37,801 nucleotides of DNA, taken from Verrucomicrobiota bacterium (lineage in GTDB: Bacteria > Verrucomicrobiota > Verrucomicrobiia > Limisphaerales > UBA9464). The stretch lies in assembly GCA_031384285.1 (NCBI GenBank), contig JANNAJ010000239.1, positions 1 to 37,801 on the forward strand. The letters run 5' to 3'. The position numbers were made by a program, and so were the translations under genes. The notes below the pieces were generated by a model. That model did not search any database and was not told the origin of the DNA. It worked only from the letters and a program-made list of their open reading frames with translations. Of this stretch, positions 26,004 to 34,602 are shown piece after piece. Within the stretch, counting starts at the first letter, position 1. Each line of letters starts with the position of its first letter.

Positions 26004-27106
26004 GTCGCTTGCTTCTCCCTGAGCACCTGTTCGTACACGCTCCACGTCTCTTCCGCGCACACGTCCCACGTGTGCTGTTCGATCGTGGCCCGGGCGGCGC
26101 GCCCCATCGCCCTCGCGTTCGCCGGATCGGCAGCGATCCTGGCCAATTGTTCGCGGACGGACGCGGCATCCTGCTGGTCGCAGAGCAACCCGTTCCTGCC
26201 GTGGTCCACAAGTTCGGCCGCTCCGATCGCGCGACCGAGCACGACGGGGATGCCCGTCGCCATCGCCTCCGCGGCCACCATGCCGAACGGATCGTAGTCG
26301 TTCGGATAGACGAAGACATCGGCTGCGCGGAAAGCCTCCGCCGAGACCGGTTCGTATCCGTGGAACGTCGTCCGGTGGTCCACGCTGAGTGATTCGGCCA
26401 GACCTTGGTAGGGACCGAGCTCGGAGCGCGACACGACGAGCAGATGGGCCTGCGGGAACGACCCGAGCTGTTCGATCACCTCGCGGAGTCCCTTCACGGC
26501 CTCGCCCATGAACAACCAGATCGAACGGTCCTCAGGGACTTTGAAGCGTCGCCGCAGCGCCGAGAGCTCGACCGCGTCCGAGACGGGGTGGAACTGTGCC
26601 GTATCGGTCCCGTGGTAGATCACGTTCGCCGGCTTCGTCCATCCGTACTCCTCACGGATCTCGGTCTCGAGAGAACGCGAGATCGCGATCAACCGACGGA
26701 CTCTTCGTTGGCGGTAGAACGCGCGTTCGAACGGCTTCACCAGCCGGATGAAGGCATGGGGCCGCCGGGCCGGCGTCCGGAGCCGGCGTCCGCGGGCGGC
26801 ATTGCAGATGTGGCCGGTGATGATGTCCGCGCTCCAGCACGTGAGTCCTTGGCAATGGATCAGGTCGGGCTTGTCGCGCCGGATCATCGCTTCCGCGGCA
26901 GGAAGGAAGGAGAACACCGTCGTGACGGCATTGCGACGATCGGCCGGGACCCGTCGCCAGCGGAGGCCGGGACCTTCCTTCGCCGCGAAGGTGTTGGAGT
27001 AGACGACGAACTCCGCGCGTCCACGGAGATGCCGGACCAGTTCGACGCAGTAGCGTCCCTGGCCGTAGTTGGCATCGTAGTCGTGGACAACCAGTGCGAT
27101 TCTCAT
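26000..27106 (-). CDS. Family-4 glycosyltransferase (paralog A)
   Basis: 368 aa. MRIALVVHDYDANYGQGRYCVELVRHL...FMGEAVKGLREVI...YDPFGMVAAEAMATGIPVVLGRAIGAAELVDHGRNGLLCD is the typical GT4 C-terminal motif. Confidence 0.85.
   Translation of the reverse strand: MRIALVVHDYDANYGQGRYCVELVRHLRGRAEFVVYSNTFAAKEGPGLRWRRVPADRRNAVTTVFSFLPAAEAMIRRDKPDLIHCQGLTCWSADIITGHICNAARGRRLRTPARRPHAFIRLVKPFERAFYRQRRVRRLIAISRSLETEIREEYGWTKPANVIYHGTDTAQFHPVSDAVELSALRRRFKVPEDRSIWLFMGEAVKGLREVIEQLGSFPQAHLLVVSRSELGPYQGLAESLSVDHRTTFHGYEPVSAEAFRAADVFVYPNDYDPFGMVAAEAMATGIPVVLGRAIGAAELVDHGRNGLLCDQQDAASVREQLARIAADPANARAMGRAARATIEQHTWDVCAEETWSVYEQVLREKQAT
27024..27066. repeat. Left arm of a perfect 43-bp inverted repeat (within GT4 paralog A, codons 14-28)
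   Basis: cggagatgccggaccagttcgacgcagtagcgtccctggccgt is the exact reverse complement of 27293-27335 (checked base by base). Confidence 0.9.
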
Positions 27107-27252
27107 CCGTCGTCGTGCAGGTTCCGACGGTCGCGGCTCGACCGACGAGCGAGCCTAGAGAGGTCGCTCCGCCGTCCGCAAGCTCGGCCGCGCCGCTCGG
27201 ATTCGTGTGTCTTGACGCCGTCCCGACCGGCCCGGACGCTGTGTCCTTGTCC

Positions 27253-28398
27253 ATGGAAGTCGCGCTCGTGGTCCATGATTTCGACCGCAACAACGGCCAG
27301 GGACGCTACTGCGTCGAACTGGTCCGGCATCTCCGCGACCGGTGCCGGTTCACCGTCTACTCGGCCACGGCCGATACAGCGGAACTCGCCGACGTCGATT
27401 GGCGGCCGGTGCCGGCGTGGCGCGGCCGGCATCTGACGACCGTCTTCACGTTCTTGGCCGGGGCCGAGCTGAAGCTCCGCGGAGCCCGGCATGACTTGGT
27501 CCATGCACAAGGGCTCTCGTCCTGGCGGGCGGACGTCGTCACCGTCCACATGGTCAACGCCGCACGGCTCCGGTGGTTGCCGCCGGCGGCGCGGTCCAAG
27601 GACCGGTTGTTCTCCGCGATCGTCACGCCGCTCGAGCGGGCGTTCTACAAGCGACGACGCGCGCGCCATGCCATCGTGATGGGACGACGCCTCGGGGCGG
27701 AGCTCGCGGAAGAATACGGATGGGACCGTCCGCTCAGCGTGATCCCGCACGGCACCGACGCGGTCCGCTTCCGCCCGGTCCACGACAACGTAGAACGCAC
27801 GGAGGTCCGCGCACGCTACGGCCTCCGCGACGAGGGCCGGACGTGGCTGTTCATGGGCGAAGCCGTGAAAGGCCTCCGCGAAGTCATCGCCCAGATGCCG
27901 ATGTTCCCCCATGTCCGTCTGCTCGTGGTCACCCGTTCGGTGGTGGATGCCCACCGCGCCTTGGCACGGCAGCTCGGCGTCGACGGCCGGATCACTTTCC
28001 ATGGATTCGAGGTGTCCCCGGAACTCGCTTTCCGGGCTGCGGATGCCTTCATCTATCCGAGCGCCTACGATCCGTTCGGCATGGTGGCCACGGAAGCGAT
28101 GGCGAGCGGCTTGCCGGTGGTGCTCGGGCGCGAGATGGGAGCGGCTGAGCTGGTGCGGCACGGCCATGACGGGCTTTTGTGCGACCCGACATCGTCGGAG
28201 AGCCTCCGCGAGCAGCTCGGGCGTCTGGAGGCGGATCCGGCGACGGCGACGATCATCGGAAGAGCGGCCCGCGCGACGATCGGGCGGCATAGCTGGGAGG
28301 TCTGCGCGGGATCGACATGGTCCGTCTACCAGAGTGTCGTGGAAAATCAGGGCTTGTCCGCAGGGGTCGGGGCAAAGAACCCTCATCCGACCGGATGA
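27253..28398 (+). CDS. Family-4 glycosyltransferase (paralog B), divergent from paralog A
   Basis: 381 aa from the ATG at 27253. MEVALVVHDFDRNNGQGRYCVELVRHL...FMGEAVKGLREVI...YDPFGMVATEAMASGLPVVLGREMGAAELVRHGHDGLLCD is colinear with paralog A. Confidence 0.85.
   Translation: MEVALVVHDFDRNNGQGRYCVELVRHLRDRCRFTVYSATADTAELADVDWRPVPAWRGRHLTTVFTFLAGAELKLRGARHDLVHAQGLSSWRADVVTVHMVNAARLRWLPPAARSKDRLFSAIVTPLERAFYKRRRARHAIVMGRRLGAELAEEYGWDRPLSVIPHGTDAVRFRPVHDNVERTEVRARYGLRDEGRTWLFMGEAVKGLREVIAQMPMFPHVRLLVVTRSVVDAHRALARQLGVDGRITFHGFEVSPELAFRAADAFIYPSAYDPFGMVATEAMASGLPVVLGREMGAAELVRHGHDGLLCDPTSSESLREQLGRLEADPATATIIGRAARATIGRHSWEVCAGSTWSVYQSVVENQGLSAGVGAKNPHPTG
27293..27335. repeat. Right arm of the perfect 43-bp inverted repeat (within GT4 paralog B, codons 14-28)
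   Basis: acggccagggacgctactgcgtcgaactggtccggcatctccg. It starts at position 2 of codon 14, as in paralog A. Confidence 0.9.
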
Positions 28399-29582
28399 TC
28401 GCTGGCCGAACAATGCGTGTGCTGTTCCTCGTCGAGGGGCATACGGACATCCGTTTCGTCGTCGGATTGGCCGGCATCTGCGACCTGACGTTGATCGTGT
28501 CCGAGGTGCCCTTCCGTGCGAGCGGGCTCGACAACCGCATCCGCGAGGCAGGGCTGGAGATCCCGATCCACGAACTCCCCGGAGGACGCCTGTCGTTCCA
28601 ATGGCGTTCGTTCGCGTGGCTCTGGCGGCATGCCCGCGAGTTCGATGTCGTGCTCTCGCAGGAACTTCTGCGCGGCACGTTGAGCGCCAACCTGGCCTGC
28701 GTGCCCCGAGGGGTCCCGGTGGTCGTCAGCGTGCTCGTCCCGGCGATCGAGTATTTCCGGTGCCGTCGCGAGCGGCGCCGGATCGGTCCTGTGGAAGCGT
28801 GGCTCGGCGAGCAGGTGATGCGCTGGTTGATGACCGTGAACGGCCGGTGGGTCACGCGATGCGTGGCCTGGGGCCCGTACCTCCGCTCCGTGGCGGCGCG
28901 TTACTCGAAGCGGGTGCAGCTCGGGCATTACTACGGAGTGGACACCGGGCGCTTCCGTCCGGCCTCGGCCGCCGAGCGGACCGCGTTGCGCCAAAGGCAC
29001 GGGCTTCCGACGGACCGGTTCCTCGTTCTTTTCCCGAGCCGCGTCAGCCACGAGAAGGATCCGGAAACCGTCCTCCGGGCGACCGCGGCGCTCCGCCGCC
29101 GAGGGGTCGATGCCGTGGTGTTGAACCTGGGCGGCGGGTACGAAGATTTCCTGCGGCTGGCGGCCGAGCTCGGTCTGGCCGACACGGCGGACTGGGTGCT
29201 TGGACGACCGGCGCTGCATCCGATGCGCGAGCTCGCCGACTACTTCCGCGCCGCGGACGTGGTCTGCCAGGCGTCCCTCGAGGAGGGGCTCTCGCTGGCG
29301 ACGATCGAGGGGCTGGCCTGCGGCGTCCCGGTCGTGGCGAGCGAAGTGGGCGGCATGGCGGTGCGACTCCGCGGACACGCCTTGCTCACGCCTCGTCGGG
29401 ACGTGGACGCGATGGCGGAGGTCTTCTTCCAGATCGCGCGGGACCCGGACAAGGCCCGCGCCCAAGCGGAGCAGGGAAGGGTGTGGATCGAGGCCGAGTG
29501 CCGTCGTGACGTCGCGTTCGAGGATTGGCGCCGGGTCTTCGCGGAGGTGGCGGCCGGTAGCCTGCGGTCGGGGCAGCGTTGA
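28395..29582 (+). CDS. Glycosyltransferase (GT4/GT1-like)
   Basis: The ATG at 28395 overlaps the previous stop (ATGA); an alternative ATG at 28413 gives MRVLFLVEG. C-terminal E-x7-E region: SLEEGLSLATIEGLACGVPVVASEVGG. Confidence 0.75.
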   Translation: MIAGRTMRVLFLVEGHTDIRFVVGLAGICDLTLIVSEVPFRASGLDNRIREAGLEIPIHELPGGRLSFQWRSFAWLWRHAREFDVVLSQELLRGTLSANLACVPRGVPVVVSVLVPAIEYFRCRRERRRIGPVEAWLGEQVMRWLMTVNGRWVTRCVAWGPYLRSVAARYSKRVQLGHYYGVDTGRFRPASAAERTALRQRHGLPTDRFLVLFPSRVSHEKDPETVLRATAALRRRGVDAVVLNLGGGYEDFLRLAAELGLADTADWVLGRPALHPMRELADYFRAADVVCQASLEEGLSLATIEGLACGVPVVASEVGGMAVRLRGHALLTPRRDVDAMAEVFFQIARDPDKARAQAEQGRVWIEAECRRDVAFEDWRRVFAEVAAGSLRSGQR

Positions 29583-29624
29583 AGGCGTGGGCCTCGTCGG
29601 ATGCCGCCGATCGGCGCCACTCGT

Positions 29625-30713
29625 TCACACGAACGGCAGAGGAACAATCGTGGCCGCGGATTCTCCGGAGGATGTCCGGAGCACCAGCCCGGTCCCGATG
29701 GCGTTGCACTCCTTGCGCACATAGCCGAGCGCGAGATGGCGACCCGACGAAGGCGACGTCAACGCGCTCATGATGGTCCCGACTTCGCGACCCTCCTTCA
29801 CGAGCCGGTCGCCTTTCGCGGGCAACGTCCCGAGGTCGTCCGCGAGCTGGATCCCGCGCAGCGCCTTCGTCACCTGGCCGTAGGTGCGGATGCGGGCGAT
29901 GGTCTCCTGCCCGGTGTAGCAACCTTTGGTGTAGCTGATGGCATCGCGGTCCAGACCGGCTTCGGGCGGCAGATGGGTCTCGTCCATCTCGACTCCGAGC
30001 CGAGGGATGCCCGCCTCGAAGCGTGCCGCCTCGAACGCCGTGAACCCGACGAGCCGACCGCCGACCTCCTTCGCCGCTGCGGCCAACTTGTCGAGCACCG
30101 CGGCCGAGGCGTCCGTCGGCACGAAGAGGTCGAATCCAGGGAAACCCACGCGCTGGTGTTCCATCAGGTAGAGCTCGCCGAGCGTCGGGTCGGCCGCCGA
30201 GACCGAAGCGAGGCGTCCGGTGGGCAACAGCGGGAAAAGCCCCAGTTTGCCGATGACTTCCGTGGCGCGCGGACCTTGCACGCCGAACAACCCATAGTAA
30301 GGCGCGACGTCCACGACCTGGACGTCCTCGGCGACGATGTGGTGTTCGAGGCGCTCCGTGAGGGACTTGGTGAGGCCCGGTTCGAAATCGAGCAGCAGCT
30401 CCTGCGGCAGCGCGTGGATGAAGGCGTCGGCGACGAGCCGTCCCTTCGGGCTGCAGAACGCCGCGTGGCAACCGCGGCCTGCGGCGAGGGCCTTGACGTC
30501 ATTGGTCACCTGACCGTTCAGCGAGCGCACGCGGTCGGCGCCGGTGAGGCAGATGCGCCCGCGGAAGCTGAGGTCGATGATCCCGGCCGCGGTGTGCAAC
30601 GCCGTGTGCTCGGCCATCCAATCGCCGTGGTCGGCGACCGCTTCTTGTCCGTTCACCTCGGTGAACCGGGCGTCGAGGGCGGCGTGGACTTCGTGCAGCG
30701 GGAGCGGAGTCAT
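29625..30713 (-). CDS. ygfZ: Folate-binding YgfZ / GcvT-family protein (Fe-S cluster repair-associated)
   Basis: 362 aa. GcvT-like fold pattern plus the diagnostic YgfZ motif ISYTKGCYTGQETIARI (K-G-C-Y-x-G-Q-E). Confidence 0.8.
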   Translation of the reverse strand: MTPLPLHEVHAALDARFTEVNGQEAVADHGDWMAEHTALHTAAGIIDLSFRGRICLTGADRVRSLNGQVTNDVKALAAGRGCHAAFCSPKGRLVADAFIHALPQELLLDFEPGLTKSLTERLEHHIVAEDVQVVDVAPYYGLFGVQGPRATEVIGKLGLFPLLPTGRLASVSAADPTLGELYLMEHQRVGFPGFDLFVPTDASAAVLDKLAAAAKEVGGRLVGFTAFEAARFEAGIPRLGVEMDETHLPPEAGLDRDAISYTKGCYTGQETIARIRTYGQVTKALRGIQLADDLGTLPAKGDRLVKEGREVGTIMSALTSPSSGRHLALGYVRKECNAIGTGLVLRTSSGESAATIVPLPFV

Positions 30714-31178
30714 CGGGCCGGCAAGCTAGCCTCCGACGCGGCCTGGGCAAAGGACGCTGAAGGGCCAGGTTCCGGCGAGAAACCGTGCCCTGGCCGATCC
30801 GCGGCGGAACGTAAGGCCGTGTCCCGGGCCTTTGGCCAAGGATTTCGGCCCGGCGTGCGGCGGTCATCAGGGGTGCTCTGTGACCGGAAAGTTAAGAATC
30901 GTCCTGCCGAGGACCGGCTGGGAAGTTGGCCTTGCGGAGTTGGGGATGCGCCGCTCCTATGGGGCTGTTCGGAATCCAGAAAGAATCGACCCCTTTCGGG
31001 TAGCCGGCCGGGAACGCGCGTGAAAACACGGGACCTTGCCTTGCACCCGGGAGAACTCGGGCAAAGTTGCCCCTGCCATGGGTCGCATCTGATTTGTGTT
31101 CCTTGAGCCAATCGCATCAAAGCATCTTCATCGCAGGCACCCGCCCAGCCCAACCAACGTTTCGAACGTGCGGTCGCA

Positions 31179-32042
31179 TTGGTCACGGTCATCACACCGC
31201 TGGTCGCGTTCGCCGGTGCGGTCGTGTTGTTCTGGGGCCGAGGAATCACGCTTCTGGACCTGATGCTCTGCGGAGGGATGTACGCGGTGACGATGCTCGG
31301 CATCACCCTCGGGTACCACCGGCTCTTCACCCATCGTAGCTTCAAATGCGTCCCGGCGGTGCGTGTCGCGCTGTGCATCGCGGGCAGCATGGCGGCCCAA
31401 GGCCCGGTGTTTTTCTGGGCGGCCTGCCACCGCAGGCACCACAAGTGCAGCGATGAGGCCGGCGACCCGCACTCGCCCCATCACGACGGACACGGGCTCT
31501 GGGAATCGGTCCGGGGTCTCTGGCACTCGCATGTCGGCTGGATGTTCTCCCACGAGCCCGAGAACTACGTCCGGCTCGTCCCCGACATGATCCGCGACCG
31601 CCAGCTCATGGCGTTGAACCGCTTCTACTTCCTCTGGATCTTCCTCGGCCTCGTCTTGCCCGGTGCGATCGCCTTCGCCATCACCGGAAGCTGGAACGCC
31701 TTCCTGACCGGGGTGTTATGGGGCGGTTTTGTGCGGTTGTTCCTCGTCCACCACTCGACCTGGAGCATCAACTCCATCTGCCACCTGTTCGGCTCGACGC
31801 CGTACGACACCGCGGACCACAGCCGGAACAACCTGGTCTGTGCGCTCCTGACCTTCGGTGAAGGCTGGCACAACAACCACCACGCGTTCCCGACCTCCGC
31901 CCGCCACGGCCTCCGCTGGTGGCAATGCGACGTCGTCTTCATGATGATCCGGGCGATGGCCGCGGTGAAACTGGCGTGGGATATCCGGTTGCCCAGTGCC
32001 GAACAGATCGCCGTCAAGACCAAGACCGCCGGCGCGGCGTAG
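31179..32042 (+). CDS. Acyl-CoA/acyl-lipid delta-9-type fatty acid desaturase
   Basis: 287 aa. Three His boxes: HRLFTHRSF, HRRHHKCSD, GEGWHNNHHAFP. Apparent TTG start at 31179. The in-frame upstream sequence (QRFERAVA) still looks homologous but has no canonical start back to the stop at 31104-31106, so the start is uncertain. Confidence 0.8.
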   Translation: MVTVITPLVAFAGAVVLFWGRGITLLDLMLCGGMYAVTMLGITLGYHRLFTHRSFKCVPAVRVALCIAGSMAAQGPVFFWAACHRRHHKCSDEAGDPHSPHHDGHGLWESVRGLWHSHVGWMFSHEPENYVRLVPDMIRDRQLMALNRFYFLWIFLGLVLPGAIAFAITGSWNAFLTGVLWGGFVRLFLVHHSTWSINSICHLFGSTPYDTADHSRNNLVCALLTFGEGWHNNHHAFPTSARHGLRWWQCDVVFMMIRAMAAVKLAWDIRLPSAEQIAVKTKTAGAA

Positions 32043-32175
32043 GCCGGTCGGCCGCTCCTTTTCAGCGAGACACCCGACGGGGCGGCCTCGACCCCGGCCA
32101 GATCCAGCCGGAGTTGCAGCCTCCGCGAAACCCGCAGTTGACGATTGTCCAGCCATCGGCAGCTTTTGCGACTGT

Positions 32176-33747
32176 ATGGTTCCCGCAACACTGTTTTCCG
32201 TGATCCAAGCGCGACGATACCTCGCAGGGCTTCTCGTCATCATGGCTTCGGAGCCTTTGTGGGCCGCGGATTGGCCGCAGTACCGGGGCCCCGACCACGA
32301 CGGGTCAAGTCCCGAACCGATCCGCACGGACTGGTCCTTGAAGCCGCCGAAGGTGGTCTGGAAGAAGTCGATCAGCCCGGGCTGGAGTTCCATCACCGTC
32401 AGCGGCGGACGTGCCTTCACCCAGGTGAACCGGCAGGTCTCGGGCGCGCCCAGCGAGGTCTGTGTCGCGCTGGATGCCGACACCGGCCGGGAACTCTGGG
32501 CCACCGCTCTGGATGAGGCTTCCTATCCACACGCCGGGACGGGCAGTACCGACGGCCCGCGTTCAACGCCCTCGGTGGACGGTGACCGGGTCTACGTCTT
32601 CACGTCGTATCTCAAGCTATCCTGCCTGCGTGCCGACGACGGCACCGTCGTCTGGAGCCGGGATTTCATCGCCGAGTTCCCGGGCACGGAGGTCATCAGT
32701 TGGCAGAACGCGGCCTCGCCCCTGGTGGTGGGCGATCTGGTCTTCCTCAACTCCAACGTGGCCAACCAACGTCTGATGGCGGTCCGGAAATCGGATGGCG
32801 TCACTGTCTGGAAAGGTCAGAACGACACGATGACCCACGCCACGCCGGCCTACGCCACGATCGCTGGCACGCCGCAGGTCGTGTTCCAGACGCTGAGAGG
32901 CCTGGTGGGCGTGGTGCCGGAGACCGGAGCCGTCCTGTGGCGCTACGGTTTCTCGCCGTCCGCCACGTCCACGGCGTCTACCCCGGTCATCGCCGGCGAT
33001 CACGTCTACGGATCCTGCGCCTATTCGCTCGGGGCATGGACCGCGCGGGTGACCAAGACGGGCGACACGTTCAGCGTCGGGCAGACCGACTACAAGCGGA
33101 GCAGTTCGTACCAGAACCATTGGGCGACCCCGGTCCACCACGAAGGACATCTCTACAGCATCATCGAGCGCACCCCCAAGAACATGGCCTGCTTCAGCCT
33201 CGCAGGCCGCACGAACCGCTGGACGACGGCCAAGGTCGGATCGGGCAACCCCGGCTTCGCCTCGATGATCAAGGTCGGCGGCAAGCTCCTCGTGCTGCGG
33301 GAGAGCGGGGAACTCGTGCTCGTGGAACCCAACCCCGCGGCCTACACCGAGATCGCCCGTTACCAGGCGCTGTCCGGGACCTCGTGGAACCATCCCGCCT
33401 TCTCCGGCGGCCGGATCTACGCGCGCAGCGACACGCAGATCGTCGCGCTGGATGTCGCCGGTGCCGTCGCTCCCTTGCCGCAGCTGACGCTCGCGGCCTC
33501 GCTGCTGCCCGCAGGCGACCGGTTGCGCCTCGAAGTATCTGCACAGGACGGCACATCCCTCGACGCCGTGGCGGCCGGCCGGATCGAGCTTCTTGTCGCG
33601 CCTGGTCTGGCCGACGGTGCCATGGTGTGGACGCCGCTCAGCCCCGCGTTCGCCGCCGCCGACGGCAAGCTCCGAGCCGATCTGCCGATGGCCGCGGATG
33701 CGACCGCCCGTTTCTTCCGCGTGCGTGAGAAGACCGCCGCTCCCTGA
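32176..33747 (+). CDS. Secreted PQQ-like (BamB-type) beta-propeller repeat protein with a C-terminal FFRVR module
   Basis: 523 aa from the ATG at 32176. [13 protein letters not shown]..., repeated G.V.W blades ([41 protein letters not shown]). Ends ...[15 protein letters not shown]. Confidence 0.75.
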   Translation: MVPATLFSVIQARRYLAGLLVIMASEPLWAADWPQYRGPDHDGSSPEPIRTDWSLKPPKVVWKKSISPGWSSITVSGGRAFTQVNRQVSGAPSEVCVALDADTGRELWATALDEASYPHAGTGSTDGPRSTPSVDGDRVYVFTSYLKLSCLRADDGTVVWSRDFIAEFPGTEVISWQNAASPLVVGDLVFLNSNVANQRLMAVRKSDGVTVWKGQNDTMTHATPAYATIAGTPQVVFQTLRGLVGVVPETGAVLWRYGFSPSATSTASTPVIAGDHVYGSCAYSLGAWTARVTKTGDTFSVGQTDYKRSSSYQNHWATPVHHEGHLYSIIERTPKNMACFSLAGRTNRWTTAKVGSGNPGFASMIKVGGKLLVLRESGELVLVEPNPAAYTEIARYQALSGTSWNHPAFSGGRIYARSDTQIVALDVAGAVAPLPQLTLAASLLPAGDRLRLEVSAQDGTSLDAVAAGRIELLVAPGLADGAMVWTPLSPAFAAADGKLRADLPMAADATARFFRVREKTAAP

Positions 33748-33761
33748 ACATACCCACCGCC

Positions 33762-34562
33762 ATGGACAGCGAACTTCCTTCACCGAGCACCGGGCCGTCG
33801 CCAGCCGACGGGAGCTCCGCGCATCATTCGGGACGGGCCTTCACGCTTATCGAGCTGTTGGTCGTCATCGCCATCATCGCGGTCCTCGCCGGCATGTTGT
33901 TGCCCGCCTTGGCCGGGGCCAAAGAACGCGGCAACCGGACCGCCTGCCTGAACAACATCCGCCAGTTCATCCTCGCCGCGCAGATCTACGCCTTGGACAA
34001 CCGGCAGGAACTCCCGCAAGGCGGCACCGACAAGGTCGACAAGAAGGACACGCACACGCCGGTCTTCTCGACGCTGACGCAGTCGAACCTCCTTCACTAT
34101 TCACCCGATCTGAAGTCGTTCGATTGCCCCAACCTCCGCCGCTGGATGCAACGTCCCGGATGGCGCACCCATCCCGATTACGGCATCGCCATCGGGTACC
34201 ATTATCTCGGCGGCCACCCGAACTCTCCCTGGGCGCTGATCGACGGCGTGACCAACACCTGGACCTCGCCGCAGAAGGCTTCGGACGACCCGTCGCTCGT
34301 GCTGGTCGCCGACCTGAACGTCGATTCGCCGGCCTACCAGCGCATCCTCGCTCCGCACACCGCGCGGGGCCCCGTCATCGCGGAGGACAGCTATTTCGAC
34401 AGCCATCCAGCGGCCTACGAACAACGTCCTGCCGACCTCGGTGCGAAAGGCGGCAACGTCGGTCTGCTCGACGGCTCGGTGAGTTGGAAAGGCATCCAAC
34501 AGATGCGGCGGTACCGCGGGTCCCAGATCTGGGGGGCGGACGGCTGCTACGGGTATTGGTGA
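33762..34562 (+). CDS. Prepilin-type N-terminal cleavage/methylation domain protein (pseudopilin-like, DUF1559/H-X9-DG type common in PVC bacteria)
   Basis: 266 aa. [45 protein letters not shown] is a textbook type IV pilin-like leader and hydrophobic helix. Confidence 0.85.
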   Translation: MDSELPSPSTGPSPADGSSAHHSGRAFTLIELLVVIAIIAVLAGMLLPALAGAKERGNRTACLNNIRQFILAAQIYALDNRQELPQGGTDKVDKKDTHTPVFSTLTQSNLLHYSPDLKSFDCPNLRRWMQRPGWRTHPDYGIAIGYHYLGGHPNSPWALIDGVTNTWTSPQKASDDPSLVLVADLNVDSPAYQRILAPHTARGPVIAEDSYFDSHPAAYEQRPADLGAKGGNVGLLDGSVSWKGIQQMRRYRGSQIWGADGCYGYW

Positions 34563-34602
34563 GGCGGGCCGCCGAGGACGGCCAAACGTCCAAGCTACGG
34601 TG

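Noticed and set aside
30742-30755. CCTGGGCAAAGGAC resembles conserved cores of the glycine and ZTP riboswitches next to a GcvT-family gene.
   Set aside because: The motif is on the plus strand, while ygfZ is transcribed on the minus strand. The other conserved halves of either riboswitch are not present. This is only a partial match.
30961-30977. GGGGCTGTTCGGAATCC resembles the 5' end of tmRNA.
   Set aside because: There is no tRNA-like 3' end (no T-arm or CCA-proximal acceptor complement) and no tag reading frame before the desaturase gene begins about 200 nt later.
30832-31023. 63-aa ORF in the long ygfZ-desaturase spacer.
   Set aside because: It has a TTG start, rare codons for this genome (tta, aga, gta), and no recognisable domain.
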